Below are positions 8,526 to 18,965 of a DNA stretch of 64,000 nt, piece by piece. Each line of letters begins with the position of its first letter. Position 1 is the stretch's first letter. A model generated the notes under the pieces. That model made no database searches. It was not told where the DNA came from and saw only the letters and a program-made list of their open reading frames with translations. The stretch covers positions 384,001 through 448,000 of the forward strand of contig RDOB01000002.1 of the NCBI GenBank assembly GCA_011364965.1. Reading direction: 5' to 3'. A program made the position numbers and the translations under genes. Source of the stretch: Candidatus Heimdallarchaeota archaeon (lineage in GTDB: Archaea; Asgardarchaeota; Heimdallarchaeia; Hodarchaeales; Hodarchaeaceae).

Positions 8526-11195
8526 TCAAGAAACCAACTCTTTCGTTACAACCGGTAAGTCAAGTTTCAGTCCATTATAAACAGCTGGAACCTGTGACAG
8601 TAATACAACAGCCAACACAGCTGCGCATAAGACTATCCATGTCCCAGATTGGATAATAATTTCGAAATAAAATGTTCTGAGGATATTATCAAGCAGCCAT
8701 TTCGAAACTGATATTCCCCATGGAATTCCGACTATAATCCCAAATATTGCTTGAATTAGGTTTTCGACACTCATCATTAACAGAAACTCGTTATCTGAGA
8801 TTCCTAGTGTGAGCATTGTAGCTATTTCTCGCAAGCGTTCTTGAAAATTTACATATATTGTAGTAAAAATTGCTAAAGCAGCTAGGGCGCAAGAAAATAA
8901 AAGAAAAATACCAATAACAGCATTAAATGCTGCCATCATCATATTCACAGCATTTCGAAAATCATGACCATATTCTACAGATCGTATTCCTTCTATCTTC
9001 CCAATCTCTTCAGTTATTTGGTCTAACAAGGTGACATTATTGGGTTCGGTAACCTTAACAATGATCTGTGAGTAAGGGGATAAATCTATGTTAAAGGATT
9101 CTTTAAACTGGTTTAATTTAAATCGTGATGTTATTGTGTCCATTGTGGTGTGAACCATTGTGTCCCAAATTTCTTTACTTACACCAGAAATACTGATATT
9201 CGATCTGCGTAATCTAATTTCCCTAGATTGCTCAGAGAATGAAATTGATTCAGTGTTTGCCTCAATTAAATTTCCAAGGTATCGAAGTGTTTCATTTCTT
9301 GCTCTTTCAAGGCCATATGATGACCAAGAAGTCCAAACAATAGAAGCGGTGGTATAAGCAAGATCGACATCAGGGATACGTGGGTAAGTAAAGGTTATTA
9401 TGTCACCTGTATATAGGTTCAGCTGATTAGCTAATGCGGAGCATATAACTAATCTATCGGAGGAGAGATTATCCATAGGAGAAGCCCAGTTAAATTTATG
9501 TGCATTAGGACTACTTGAATTCCAAGCTGTGATTAAAACTTCTTTTTGATACCCTTCTTTTTCAATAAATGATGGTATTTGAAAAACTGGCTCTGCAGTA
9601 ACTATACCTGAAATTTTCTTTATATTTAATAAATCATTTTTTACGCCAAGGTCAGCAAATTTAATATCATCAAATTTAATTATTACATCGTAGTCTGAAA
9701 TCTCTGTGAATTGTTTATTTACCCCTAAACTTACAGATTCAATGAAAGCTATTGCTACGACTAAGATCATAACTGCTGCAGCTATAGCTATAACAGTAGC
9801 TGATGAACGAACTTTCTTCCTGAAGAGATTGCGAAGTGGAATCGTTAATAACAAACCAAAAGGATTAACCCTTAAAATTTTTTCTAAAACCGATTTTGAA
9901 CCTTTATGCGTGTTTATATTAATGTGAAGGGCTTCTCTTGGTTCTAACTGGCTAGCTCTCCACGAAGGAATTATTCCACTAATAACGCTCACAGTAATTC
10001 CGATTAGTGATGCGAAAAGCATTACATGCACTTGTGGTTGGATATCAACAATTTGAGGGAATCGCAAGAAATATGCATATACCCAAGTAATTAATCCTGA
10101 AATAATTGAACCGAAGATAACTCCTAAAATACTCCCAGTACTTCCTATAATAAATGAGAAGGTTACAAAATGTAATAAAATGTCGCTTTGTAAGTACCCA
10201 AGACAAGAAGCCAAACCTATTGTTCGTTTTTGGCTTTGAACTAATCTTCCTGATGTTATATATATTGATACTGCAGCAACACCTAATATGATGACTGGTA
10301 GTATCAATGCAATTTCTTCAAAAGTCTCCAAATCTAAATGCAATGCTAAATTCGAAACTTGGTTTTCTTGCATAACAGGGGGAGAGAAAGCTCCTTGGGT
10401 ATAATCATTTAAAAGGGTATGAAAATCCCCAATTATTTGGTTTCTAATTTGCAGATCTATACCATCTTGCATTTTTATGAGAATATTGTTAGCTTGGTTT
10501 GAATGGTTTGAAAACTGTTGTAACTGCTCAATTGGAAGATATATGACCCCGAAAATGCTCGTAGGTAGAAAATCATATTTTGAGGGAATTACTATAAGAT
10601 AGTCAGGGCTGTATACAATAGCTTGTATGCGAAATAAATATGTTTGATTACAAATTTTAGTATTCAGCTTAGAATTTGGTTTCAATCTGAATTTTTGAGC
10701 GAAGTGTGATTCAAGAAAGACCAAATCACTGGAACTATCTTCCAAAGGTCCTGAACCCTGATCGTAAATGAAACCATTAATCAATTCATCAACCTGTAAA
10801 CTAGTATCGATCCCAATTGCTCTTCCACTCAGTAAGTAGCTTCTTGAGCTATCCTGAGAGCTAAGGTTGTAACCTGTATCAGTAATAAGCCGAAAATTTA
10901 TACTGTCTATTTCGGGGTGATTAGTAGTAAAATTATCGACCACTTCTTGAATCTCTGTCGTATTAAACCATACATCATTTAGAGTATTTATTTCACTGTC
11001 CGCAAAATTTGTTTCTCTATAGATACGAGCATAAGAATATTCAAGGTTAGTAAACCCCATATATAATGCGACGAAAGAACCAGTTCCTGATAAGCATAAC
11101 AGAATTAACGCAAAAAATAACAATTTCTGATTTAAGATGTCTCTTATGCTTTTCTTAATCCACAATCGCGATAGGAACTTCATTGAAAAAACCAC
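8526..11195 (-). CDS. ABC transporter permease, duplicated FtsX/MacB-like
   Basis: Two repeats of TM + large extracellular domain + 3 TM; RNLFRKKVRS and ERLREIATMLTLG signatures; adjacent to its ATPase. Confidence 0.88.
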   Translation of the reverse strand: MVFSMKFLSRLWIKKSIRDILNQKLLFFALILLCLSGTGSFVALYMGFTNLEYSYARIYRETNFADSEINTLNDVWFNTTEIQEVVDNFTTNHPEIDSINFRLITDTGYNLSSQDSSRSYLLSGRAIGIDTSLQVDELINGFIYDQGSGPLEDSSSDLVFLESHFAQKFRLKPNSKLNTKICNQTYLFRIQAIVYSPDYLIVIPSKYDFLPTSIFGVIYLPIEQLQQFSNHSNQANNILIKMQDGIDLQIRNQIIGDFHTLLNDYTQGAFSPPVMQENQVSNLALHLDLETFEEIALILPVIILGVAAVSIYITSGRLVQSQKRTIGLASCLGYLQSDILLHFVTFSFIIGSTGSILGVIFGSIISGLITWVYAYFLRFPQIVDIQPQVHVMLFASLIGITVSVISGIIPSWRASQLEPREALHININTHKGSKSVLEKILRVNPFGLLLTIPLRNLFRKKVRSSATVIAIAAAVMILVVAIAFIESVSLGVNKQFTEISDYDVIIKFDDIKFADLGVKNDLLNIKKISGIVTAEPVFQIPSFIEKEGYQKEVLITAWNSSSPNAHKFNWASPMDNLSSDRLVICSALANQLNLYTGDIITFTYPRIPDVDLAYTTASIVWTSWSSYGLERARNETLRYLGNLIEANTESISFSEQSREIRLRRSNISISGVSKEIWDTMVHTTMDTITSRFKLNQFKESFNIDLSPYSQIIVKVTEPNNVTLLDQITEEIGKIEGIRSVEYGHDFRNAVNMMMAAFNAVIGIFLLFSCALAALAIFTTIYVNFQERLREIATMLTLGISDNEFLLMMSVENLIQAIFGIIVGIPWGISVSKWLLDNILRTFYFEIIIQSGTWIVLCAAVLAVVLLSQVPAVYNGLKLDLPVVTKELVS

Positions 11196-11960
11196 TTACC
11201 AAACCAGGTTCTCTACATCAATAGGTTCTTTCTGCTCAAATTGAGTAATTTTTCCCATTTGGATTGTCAAAATTAGATCTGCAATTCTAGAAATTTGTCT
11301 ATTATGAGTAGCAATAATAAATGTTTTCGATGTCTCCTTATTTAGTTGTTTCATCAGTTTTAAGACAGAAATTCCCGTTTGATAATCCAAATTACCTGTT
11401 GGTTCATCCGCAACTATGATAGGAGGATTTTTTGCTAGAGCTCTTGCAATTGCTACTCTCTGTTGCTCTCCTCCTGATAATTGAGAGGGAAAATGATCTG
11501 CACGATCTCTCAAGCCCACTTTATCGAGCCAGTTCATTGCTACATCTTTGATTAGAATTTTATCATATGATGGTTCACCAAAAGCTTGAGGTATACCAAT
11601 TAAATCTAGTGAAAATTCCACATTTTCTAAAGCAGTCAGTGTGGGTAGTAGGTTGAAGAACTGGAATATGAATCCAACTTTTTTCCTTCTGAAAATTGCT
11701 CTCTGTTTACGATTCAAGAAAGTAATATCAACATTGTCAATGAAAATTTTTCCTGCTGTAGGAACATCAATCGAACTAATTAAATTTAATAAAGAAGTCT
11801 TTCCAGATCCAGAGGGTCCAAGAATGACGACAAACCTGCCTGGTTCAATGTCTAGTGTTAAATTCTGTAGAGCTTTTACGATAACTTCTCCCATTTGATA
11901 TTCCTTGGTTATTCCTTGAAGAGAAATTAATGGCAAATGCAATTTAACACTCCTTTTCAT
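11196..11960 (-). CDS. ABC transporter ATP-binding protein (LolD/MacB-like)
   Basis: Walker A GPSGSGKT, LSGGEQQR, ADEPTGNLD, H-loop ATH. Confidence 0.95.
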   Translation of the reverse strand: MKRSVKLHLPLISLQGITKEYQMGEVIVKALQNLTLDIEPGRFVVILGPSGSGKTSLLNLISSIDVPTAGKIFIDNVDITFLNRKQRAIFRRKKVGFIFQFFNLLPTLTALENVEFSLDLIGIPQAFGEPSYDKILIKDVAMNWLDKVGLRDRADHFPSQLSGGEQQRVAIARALAKNPPIIVADEPTGNLDYQTGISVLKLMKQLNKETSKTFIIATHNRQISRIADLILTIQMGKITQFEQKEPIDVENLVW

Positions 11961-12040
11961 ATCTACTATACTGTAGTTCCTAACAGTGTATTTATAATAT
12001 CTTGACCTTGCGTTTAAATAAATCGCTATGAGTTGATCTT

Positions 12041-12229
12041 ATGACAGAAATTAAATCATTTAAATTGGAAGTCAATGGGAAGAAGATTAGTGCTAAAAGA
12101 TTCGTGCAGGAATTTATTGGAAATTCCTTATTGGGTCAAATACAGACCTTAAGATTGAAAGATCCTACTATAGAAAGAATATATGTCGAAATAGAGTTTG
12201 GGGAAGCAGCCATTCGAGAGAAAGAGTAA
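12041..12229 (+). CDS. Small hypothetical protein resembling the C-terminal domain of some MobB proteins
   Basis: LEVNGKKISAKRFVQEFIGNSLLGQIQTLR pattern; fills an intergenic gap. Confidence 0.55.
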   Translation: MTEIKSFKLEVNGKKISAKRFVQEFIGNSLLGQIQTLRLKDPTIERIYVEIEFGEAAIREKE

Positions 12230-12317
12230 CAAAAAAAGGAGAAAAAGGAATTTAGAATTTGTTATAGTTTATGGAAAAGCGAATTTAGATTTAAAGCAGT
12301 TGGGAACATGATTTTCT

Positions 12318-12686
12318 TTAATAGGATGGATTTGGGGGAGATTGATAGGGATTTTCCTCAACTATAATTGCTAGAAGTATATAAACCAGAAATCCTGCAC
12401 CATAAACCATTGAAAAAAGAATAAATCCTATTCTGACAAGAATTGGGTCAATATCAAAATATTCTCCAAGTCCACCACAAACACCTGAAATCCATCGATC
12501 ATTTCGACTGCGGTAATATCTTTTAGGCCCAGTAGGTTGCTTATTATATGATTTTGTCCCCCCTAAGACGGGTTTAGAACCTTCAATTTCTATTTGCTTG
12601 TCTTTCGTCGTCAATTGGGCTCCACAGTTATTACAGAACATATCTTCATTATTAACTGATTCTCCGCATTTATCGCAAAAAGGCAT
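12318..12686 (-). CDS. pspC: PspC-domain membrane protein with N-terminal zinc ribbon
   Basis: FCDKCG...FCNNCG zinc ribbon; YRSRNDRWISGVCGGLGEYFDIDPILVRI is a typical PspC motif. Confidence 0.9.
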   Translation of the reverse strand: MPFCDKCGESVNNEDMFCNNCGAQLTTKDKQIEIEGSKPVLGGTKSYNKQPTGPKRYYRSRNDRWISGVCGGLGEYFDIDPILVRIGFILFSMVYGAGFLVYILLAIIVEENPYQSPPNPSY

Positions 12687-12742
12687 AGATTAATTCCTCA
12701 CTAATTTTCATACTTTTCCTAATTTCTTAATAGATTATATAG

Positions 12743-12758
12743 GCTAAATGAGTTTAGC
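12743..12758. promoter_or_regulatory. GCTAAA-n4-TTTAGC palindrome next to a TATA-like element upstream of pspC
   Basis: Perfect 6-bp arms, adjacent to minus-strand TATATAAT (about 12734-12741). Confidence 0.3.
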
Positions 12759-13011
12759 ATCTATTTCTTATTAAATTTTACTTACCAGTACCATATTGGA
12801 GTATAGGAATGAATAATCAGATTCAGGTGATCCTTAGCGTTTTTCTTTTTCTATTATTATTGGTTAAATCAATAATTATATTTAAATTAATAGATACTAC
12901 GTCTTAAAGGTGTAGAAAAAGAACCCTATTTTATTATTAACTTTTACAATGCCATGATTCAATATATTTAGATTACATTATTTAATGAAATTGAGGATTT
13001 GTTTTAATCCT

Positions 13012-13614
13012 CTAAAGTCTTTTTTCATATATTACGAAAGGATAGGTTTGTTCTGGGGCATGTTCAAGGACTAATTCTTTTAAATCTTCTTGTTCAATGT
13101 TTCCAATTAGTAAATTTGGTGTTATGCCAAATGGTAAATCCTCCACGTATTTATCAAAGAAATCTGTCGTTAGATAAATTTGATAATACTGCTTAACTTT
13201 TGTAAAGTGTAGTGAGTTTAAAAAAGTACTTAAAACAGAGTCTTCCTTTATCCAAATCTCTAATTTCTCTAATGCATAATCTTCTTTGATAATCTTAATA
13301 CATTCTTCGAAGAGTTTAGTTGCTATTCCTTGACGACGGGATTTTGGATGAACACCAACAAATGAAATCAATCCTCCTTTTCCAATCCCGTTGTAACAAA
13401 ATTGCCCTTCCTCTCTTTCGATTTCAACGTCAAGAAATCCAAGGATTTCATCGTATTGAATTGCAACTAGCTCTATTGACGGGTTGTCATATCGGGGTTT
13501 GATTTGTATCATTTCGTCATAATATTGAGAGTGAAAATAAGCAAACATGTAGCAATTTAACCAGTCCTTCTCCATCGCTTGGGTATACTTATGGATCTTT
13601 AGCATTTCATTCAT
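13012..13614 (-). CDS. GNAT family N-acetyltransferase
   Basis: Acetyl-CoA motif VGVHPKSRRQGIATKL. Confidence 0.85.
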   Translation of the reverse strand: MNEMLKIHKYTQAMEKDWLNCYMFAYFHSQYYDEMIQIKPRYDNPSIELVAIQYDEILGFLDVEIEREEGQFCYNGIGKGGLISFVGVHPKSRRQGIATKLFEECIKIIKEDYALEKLEIWIKEDSVLSTFLNSLHFTKVKQYYQIYLTTDFFDKYVEDLPFGITPNLLIGNIEQEDLKELVLEHAPEQTYPFVIYEKRL

Positions 13615-13841
13615 CTTTTGAAAAGTTGATGGAATTCATTTTCTTCTGAAACTCGAATTTTTAACCATTTTAATTTCTCCATGCTGCAAGGAAAATCTTC
13701 TATTTTACCAGCACATTTATTACAAAGAAATTTTGACCAGTTATTTTCAGGACAAGAAATCTTCCAAAAAGAACGAACCTTTACTGCATTAGACTTAATC
13801 AATTTCAATCCACAAATATAACAAACTTGACTTTCAGGCAT
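13611..13841 (-). CDS. Small zinc-finger hypothetical protein
   Basis: CYIC...CNKC; likely ATG 13841; ATGA overlap with the downstream GNAT gene. Confidence 0.6.
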   Translation of the reverse strand: MPESQVCYICGLKLIKSNAVKVRSFWKISCPENNWSKFLCNKCAGKIEDFPCSMEKLKWLKIRVSEENEFHQLFKR

Positions 13842-13851
13842 AAACGTTCCG

Positions 13852-15963
13852 CTAAATCTCAATATTGGCTAATAATTCTTTGATTACGACTAGAACATCG
13901 TTTAAAGCCCCTGTGATAAATTTCATCGATCCAACTATTTCATGTCCCCCACCTTCTACCGCTGCGAATGGTACTCGCTTTTCACACTCTTTTACGAGGT
14001 TTGGAAAATCTAATTTCACATTCTGAGATCTAAAAATAGCAAAATCTGGCCCTAATCCAATCACTACTAAAGGTTTATTATCATTGGTTTTTGCTAAATG
14101 ATCAAACAATGAACCAGTTATTTTCCCCGGAGGAGGATAATCAAATCTACTTGTGTATTTTTCAACATCCAGAACTGAAAGTTGAATACCATTTCTAAGT
14201 CTCTCTTGTTGAACATATTCGAGAGAAATTTGAAGTTGACTTTCAAGGAGCTTTTTCGCTTCAGTTGCTAATAAATTTACAAATTTTAATTGTTTATCTT
14301 GTGTGTTGGTTGATAAACCCAGAAGATCACATAGCAGTAGTCTACCTGGAGAAAATTTAAGAAAATAAGCTTGATAATCAACTGCAATTGCGATATCATG
14401 TAAAAATTCATCTGAATATCCTCGATCCAACGCGAATTTCATGTATTGATCCATCTCCTTTCCTTCAACTCTATCACCTTTTCCAGCTATCGCAGCAATA
14501 TGTTTGATTCTATCAGTAATCCCAACATTAACAAATCGCGCTAATTCAACTCCTAGCATACCCGTACAAATGTTATAATCTCCACCTGCATAATAAACAT
14601 TAAGATGAGCATCAATGATTTCTTGTATCGAAGGAGTAGGGAAATGATGGTCCACGACCAAGATTTCAATCCCATAAGTCTTAAGGAGCTTATAAGAAAA
14701 TAGACTCTCATTACTACTACCTGTGTCCAACATGATCACAAGAGGTAGCTTATCACCAAATCGCTGTTGATCTTCTAGAGCGAAATTAAGATCTCGAACA
14801 ACATCCAAAGGATCATAAAATGGTGGTTTATTTACTGTTCTTTTTATTATATGGCGCGTTTTTTCCTCATCTAAATCCCCGTATAATTCAACCCAGAATT
14901 CCCGCATTGATTCTTCTAAAGAAATTCCTGCAGAAATTCCATCGCAATCATTATGATGCCTGATAATGATTGGTTGCAATTCTATCAAAGCTCTTCTAAT
15001 TCTCTTAGCAACCTGTAGAAATTTAGGTTTCAGTGTTGAATAAATATCTGAAACAACAAGAAAATCTATATCTGGAGGTTGACTTTTTTGATCAATAAAA
15101 ATTTCCATTCGGTTTTTAAATGCGTTTGCATATGCGTCCTCTACGACAAATATATCAGCTAATTCTATTTGTTCAACCCCACGATGACTTGAAAATTCCC
15201 CAATTACTTCAACGATATCACCAATGTTAATGCTTTCGATATAATCTAATCTGAAACCAGCAGCTTCAATTATTCCAGTTTCGTCGGCTAATGTGAATAT
15301 TTTTGGGCCTTTGGGTATTTGTCTAATATTTTCTACTTTTGCTTGAATTGTAATAAACGTACCGATATCTCTTTTAGAATTAATCTTCTGAAATGCTACG
15401 GGGTCATGGGATCTCTTCACTCTGAATTCAGACGGATTTATAATATCAATTGATTGAAATTCCAGTTTTCCTCCCTTTTTATTTATCAGTTTTACATATT
15501 GTATATCACCTTCACTCCCTCGAAAATTCTTATTACGTATTAACCCCTCAACCTTCTCTGCTAGTTTTACAAAATAACCAAAATCCACTATACTTACAAC
15601 TTGAGCTTTGTAAATTCTATTGAACTCTATTGTATTAATAGTTGCTGGAGATATTAGCTGATAAATTATATTTTTCGTGCTGCAGTCTAAGCAGAGATCT
15701 TCATTCTTTTTAGTTGATTTTCCACAGATTATACATTTGGTTTCTTGAATCCCTGTACCTCCGCAATCAGGGCAATTTTTTACCTTTTCATTTGTGATAC
15801 TACCAGATCCAGAGCACTCAGAGCATTTATCTTTGTCAGTTGGCTTGGAACCGATTATAATTTTAGTTGAACCCATTCCTCTGCACTTTGGGCATTTTAA
15901 CTGGTTTTTAGTTATTATTTTTCCCGTTCCTTGACAGTTGGGGCATTTTAATTTTGAACTCAT
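13852..15963 (-). CDS. Archaeal RecJ-like DHH phosphoesterase with DnaJ-type Zn finger, S1 and OB domains (COG1107-like)
   Basis: Repeated CxxCxGxG motifs, S1-like VDFGYFVKL, RHHNDCDG, LDTGS, VDHH, GGGH. Confidence 0.9.
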   Translation of the reverse strand: MSSKLKCPNCQGTGKIITKNQLKCPKCRGMGSTKIIIGSKPTDKDKCSECSGSGSITNEKVKNCPDCGGTGIQETKCIICGKSTKKNEDLCLDCSTKNIIYQLISPATINTIEFNRIYKAQVVSIVDFGYFVKLAEKVEGLIRNKNFRGSEGDIQYVKLINKKGGKLEFQSIDIINPSEFRVKRSHDPVAFQKINSKRDIGTFITIQAKVENIRQIPKGPKIFTLADETGIIEAAGFRLDYIESINIGDIVEVIGEFSSHRGVEQIELADIFVVEDAYANAFKNRMEIFIDQKSQPPDIDFLVVSDIYSTLKPKFLQVAKRIRRALIELQPIIIRHHNDCDGISAGISLEESMREFWVELYGDLDEEKTRHIIKRTVNKPPFYDPLDVVRDLNFALEDQQRFGDKLPLVIMLDTGSSNESLFSYKLLKTYGIEILVVDHHFPTPSIQEIIDAHLNVYYAGGDYNICTGMLGVELARFVNVGITDRIKHIAAIAGKGDRVEGKEMDQYMKFALDRGYSDEFLHDIAIAVDYQAYFLKFSPGRLLLCDLLGLSTNTQDKQLKFVNLLATEAKKLLESQLQISLEYVQQERLRNGIQLSVLDVEKYTSRFDYPPPGKITGSLFDHLAKTNDNKPLVVIGLGPDFAIFRSQNVKLDFPNLVKECEKRVPFAAVEGGGHEIVGSMKFITGALNDVLVVIKELLANIEI

Positions 15964-16106
15964 TTTCCAAACTCTCTACGAATCATTCTGCTCTTTATAT
16001 CATGATTTTGAATATTGATATTTATGCTTGAATCAAAGTAAGAAAGTAAGTCAAGAGAAAAAGATATACTTTTTATTTTAATACAGCAAGTATTCCATAA
16101 CAAGGA

Positions 16107-17741
16107 GTGTTTAGTTTGAATTTATCACCTTTAGAAAAAGAAGAAGTGTTACTCTTTTCTGATACTCATATCTCGAAATTCACAGGTCTTTTCCACGAGA
16201 AAGCTTTCCAAAGTGGAGTTAAAATGATCAAACAAAAATTAATAAAAAATCCTAATGCTCTACTTCTTCACTTAGGGGATATAACAGACTCTGGAACTTA
16301 TGAAGATTTTGTTTACTCCAAAGAACTTTTACAAAAGAGTTTCCCTGACCGTTATATTTATGCAATTCCAGGTAATCATGATATGAGGAATATAGGAGAC
16401 AAACTCTGGAATGATTTCTTTGATGAACGTCAATTCCTAATAGATACGAGAGAGAATGGGGGAAACATGGTAATATTAGCTATAGACTCCTCAGAACCTG
16501 ATGAAAATGTAGGAAAAATTGGGGATCGAGGTTTAGAAGCAATTGCTGAATTAGGTACTTATCCTGACAAGATAGTCAAAATTCTCTGTTTTCACCATCA
16601 TCTTCTACCTATTCCAAATACTGGCAGGGAACGTTCAATGATTTTAGATGCGGGTGATGTGTCTCAAGTAATTTGGAAAGCAGGAGTAGATGTGATAATT
16701 ACAGCTCATCGTCACTATCCTAATGTTTTTTCATTATCAAATGGTACACGACGTTGTATGCTAATAAATTCAGGAACTTTTTCTTCTTTTAAAACAAGGG
16801 GAAGAGCAGGACATACTTTTGTGGATTTACTCGTAAAGAATGATAATTTGATTGTAAAATTCTTCGGAACTGATACATATTCATATTTTCAAACACCTGT
16901 TCGCGAAACCCAGACCATGTTGGGGGGGGAATTAACATCTAATGCAGGGTATGTTGTACCTGGTGATAAACTGCTAACTAGAATCTGCCAGTTCTCCGAT
17001 ACTCACTTTACTCAAGGAGGTGATTTTTTACCCAAAGTTTATGAATTAGGTATCAAAATGATGTTAAGAGAAGAACCTAAATTACTAATTCATTGTGGGG
17101 ATTTAACAAATGACTCCTATCCCGAAGATTTCGCTATGGCAAAAATGAAGCTTCGTGAATTAAATGAATTGAATGTTCCTTATCTAATTGTTCCAGGAGT
17201 AAGAGATTTACAACCCTTTGGAAGAGAGATGTGGGTACAACAGATTGGGCCATTAGACCCAATTTATGAAGATCAGACAATAAGAGTTCTAGGTATTGAT
17301 ACAGGAGCTGAAGCATCAGGTCATGTGGGAAGGAGTCGTATCACGATGGTTGAACACGAATTTAATACCTTTGGGAAATATAAACTGTTCTTGGTCGTTA
17401 TGCACCATAGTGTCCTTCCGATTCCTCGATCTTATTTTAAACGGGCTGTAAAAGATGCTGGAGACGTAATTGACTTCTTTACACATCATAAAGTTCCTTT
17501 GGTGCTATCAGGCTTAGAACATTATGCAACAACAATGCAGGTCGAAAATACTGTATTCATCAACGCTGGAACTTTCTCAAGTAAAAAAATTCGATCAAAA
17601 CGTCTGAATACTTATAATTCTATAAACATTTTTGAATCAGGAGTAACCAAAATCGAAGAAGTAGAAATACATTCAGGTAATCGAAATCTTTTAGGAGTAT
17701 ACCGGATTCCAGTAGTTAAAAACCAATCTTTGCAATTATAA
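16107..17741 (+). CDS. Tandem calcineurin-like metallophosphoesterase (Icc/CpdA-like)
   Basis: Domain 1: SDTH, GDIT, GNHD, HHH, AHRH. Domain 2: SDTH, GDLT, GVRD, MHH, GLEH. Confidence 0.85.
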   Translation: MFSLNLSPLEKEEVLLFSDTHISKFTGLFHEKAFQSGVKMIKQKLIKNPNALLLHLGDITDSGTYEDFVYSKELLQKSFPDRYIYAIPGNHDMRNIGDKLWNDFFDERQFLIDTRENGGNMVILAIDSSEPDENVGKIGDRGLEAIAELGTYPDKIVKILCFHHHLLPIPNTGRERSMILDAGDVSQVIWKAGVDVIITAHRHYPNVFSLSNGTRRCMLINSGTFSSFKTRGRAGHTFVDLLVKNDNLIVKFFGTDTYSYFQTPVRETQTMLGGELTSNAGYVVPGDKLLTRICQFSDTHFTQGGDFLPKVYELGIKMMLREEPKLLIHCGDLTNDSYPEDFAMAKMKLRELNELNVPYLIVPGVRDLQPFGREMWVQQIGPLDPIYEDQTIRVLGIDTGAEASGHVGRSRITMVEHEFNTFGKYKLFLVVMHHSVLPIPRSYFKRAVKDAGDVIDFFTHHKVPLVLSGLEHYATTMQVENTVFINAGTFSSKKIRSKRLNTYNSINIFESGVTKIEEVEIHSGNRNLLGVYRIPVVKNQSLQL

Positions 17742-18893
17742 TTAAATCTTTCTTTTCCTAGATCGAAAAGAAAAAACAAATATTGCTGATAGCGATATTA
17801 ATAACTCAAATCGGATTCCAAAAGGATTGAACCGATTATTAGTTTGAATGTCTTGTTGAAACTCCAAGGTTTTTAATATCGCCGCTGTTGCATTAACAAT
17901 ACCAAATCCAGTTTGGTTATCCTTTCCACCTATATTAATATCTTTTGCAGTTGATTCCAATATATATTGAACCATATCGACAGGAATGGTCGAATTTATG
18001 GAACGTATTAATCCAGCTATAGCTGCAACCTGAGGTGACGCAAAAGAGGTTCCTGATCCAGTCCTATAACCTCCCCCTAAGTTCGTACTTGTAATTAGTA
18101 TAGCTCCCTCTCCTACCGGCGCCATCATATCCAATTCTTCCCCATAATTGCTATAATCAGCTTTTTCTTGATTAAAATTAGTTGCCCCAACTGCTATCAC
18201 TTCTGAGTATGCAGCTGGGTATGCTACAGATTCCCCACCATAATTTCCAGCTGAACTTATAACTGGAATATTAAATCGTTTAGCACGTTTTATACTATCT
18301 TGAAGATTTGGAGTTCCCAAGGGCATTTCTATACTTATACTAATTATATCTGCTCCGTTGTCAATAGCATAATGAATAGCGTTAACTAACCAATCAGCTT
18401 CTTGTAAAGTGTTTGAAATATCTAATACTCTGATTGACATTATTTTAGAAGAGGATGCAATTCCTGTGATTCCTTCTCCATCATCCTTGCCAGAAATCAA
18501 ACCTGCAATAAATGTTCCATGAGAATGAATAGGATCAAATTCATCAAATCCATTGTTTGCATCATTATTTACAAAATCCCAGCCATAAAAATCGTCTATA
18601 AATCCATTCATATCATCATCTAAACTATTATTGGGAATTTCTCCAGTATTAATCCATGAAGACATGTTTAATTCAGGATGAGTGAAGTCTATGCCCGAAT
18701 CAATAACCGCTATCGTTACATTCTCTCCTCGGGTATATTTCCAAGCTTCTTTAGCGGAAATTTGGTATAAATGCCAATTTTCGAAATTATTTGACGAAAA
18801 ACCGATGAAAAAAGTCTGACTATACGAAAATGTGCAGATTAAGAGTGTAATTAAAGTAATACGAACCTTAAGCGAGTCTGAAAGCAAGATCAT
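17742..18893 (-). CDS. S8 subtilisin-family serine protease, membrane anchored
   Basis: Triad motifs VIDSG, HGT, GTSFASP; oxyanion SAGN; N-terminal signal; C-terminal TM plus basic tail. Confidence 0.92.
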   Translation of the reverse strand: MILLSDSLKVRITLITLLICTFSYSQTFFIGFSSNNFENWHLYQISAKEAWKYTRGENVTIAVIDSGIDFTHPELNMSSWINTGEIPNNSLDDDMNGFIDDFYGWDFVNNDANNGFDEFDPIHSHGTFIAGLISGKDDGEGITGIASSSKIMSIRVLDISNTLQEADWLVNAIHYAIDNGADIISISIEMPLGTPNLQDSIKRAKRFNIPVISSAGNYGGESVAYPAAYSEVIAVGATNFNQEKADYSNYGEELDMMAPVGEGAILITSTNLGGGYRTGSGTSFASPQVAAIAGLIRSINSTIPVDMVQYILESTAKDINIGGKDNQTGFGIVNATAAILKTLEFQQDIQTNNRFNPFGIRFELLISLSAIFVFSFRSRKRKI

Positions 18894-18965
18894 TACAAGT
18901 GCATTAAGATTTTTGAGATTTAAATTTTGTTAATAATGATAAGAATAGAGAAATCCGCGTATTAA

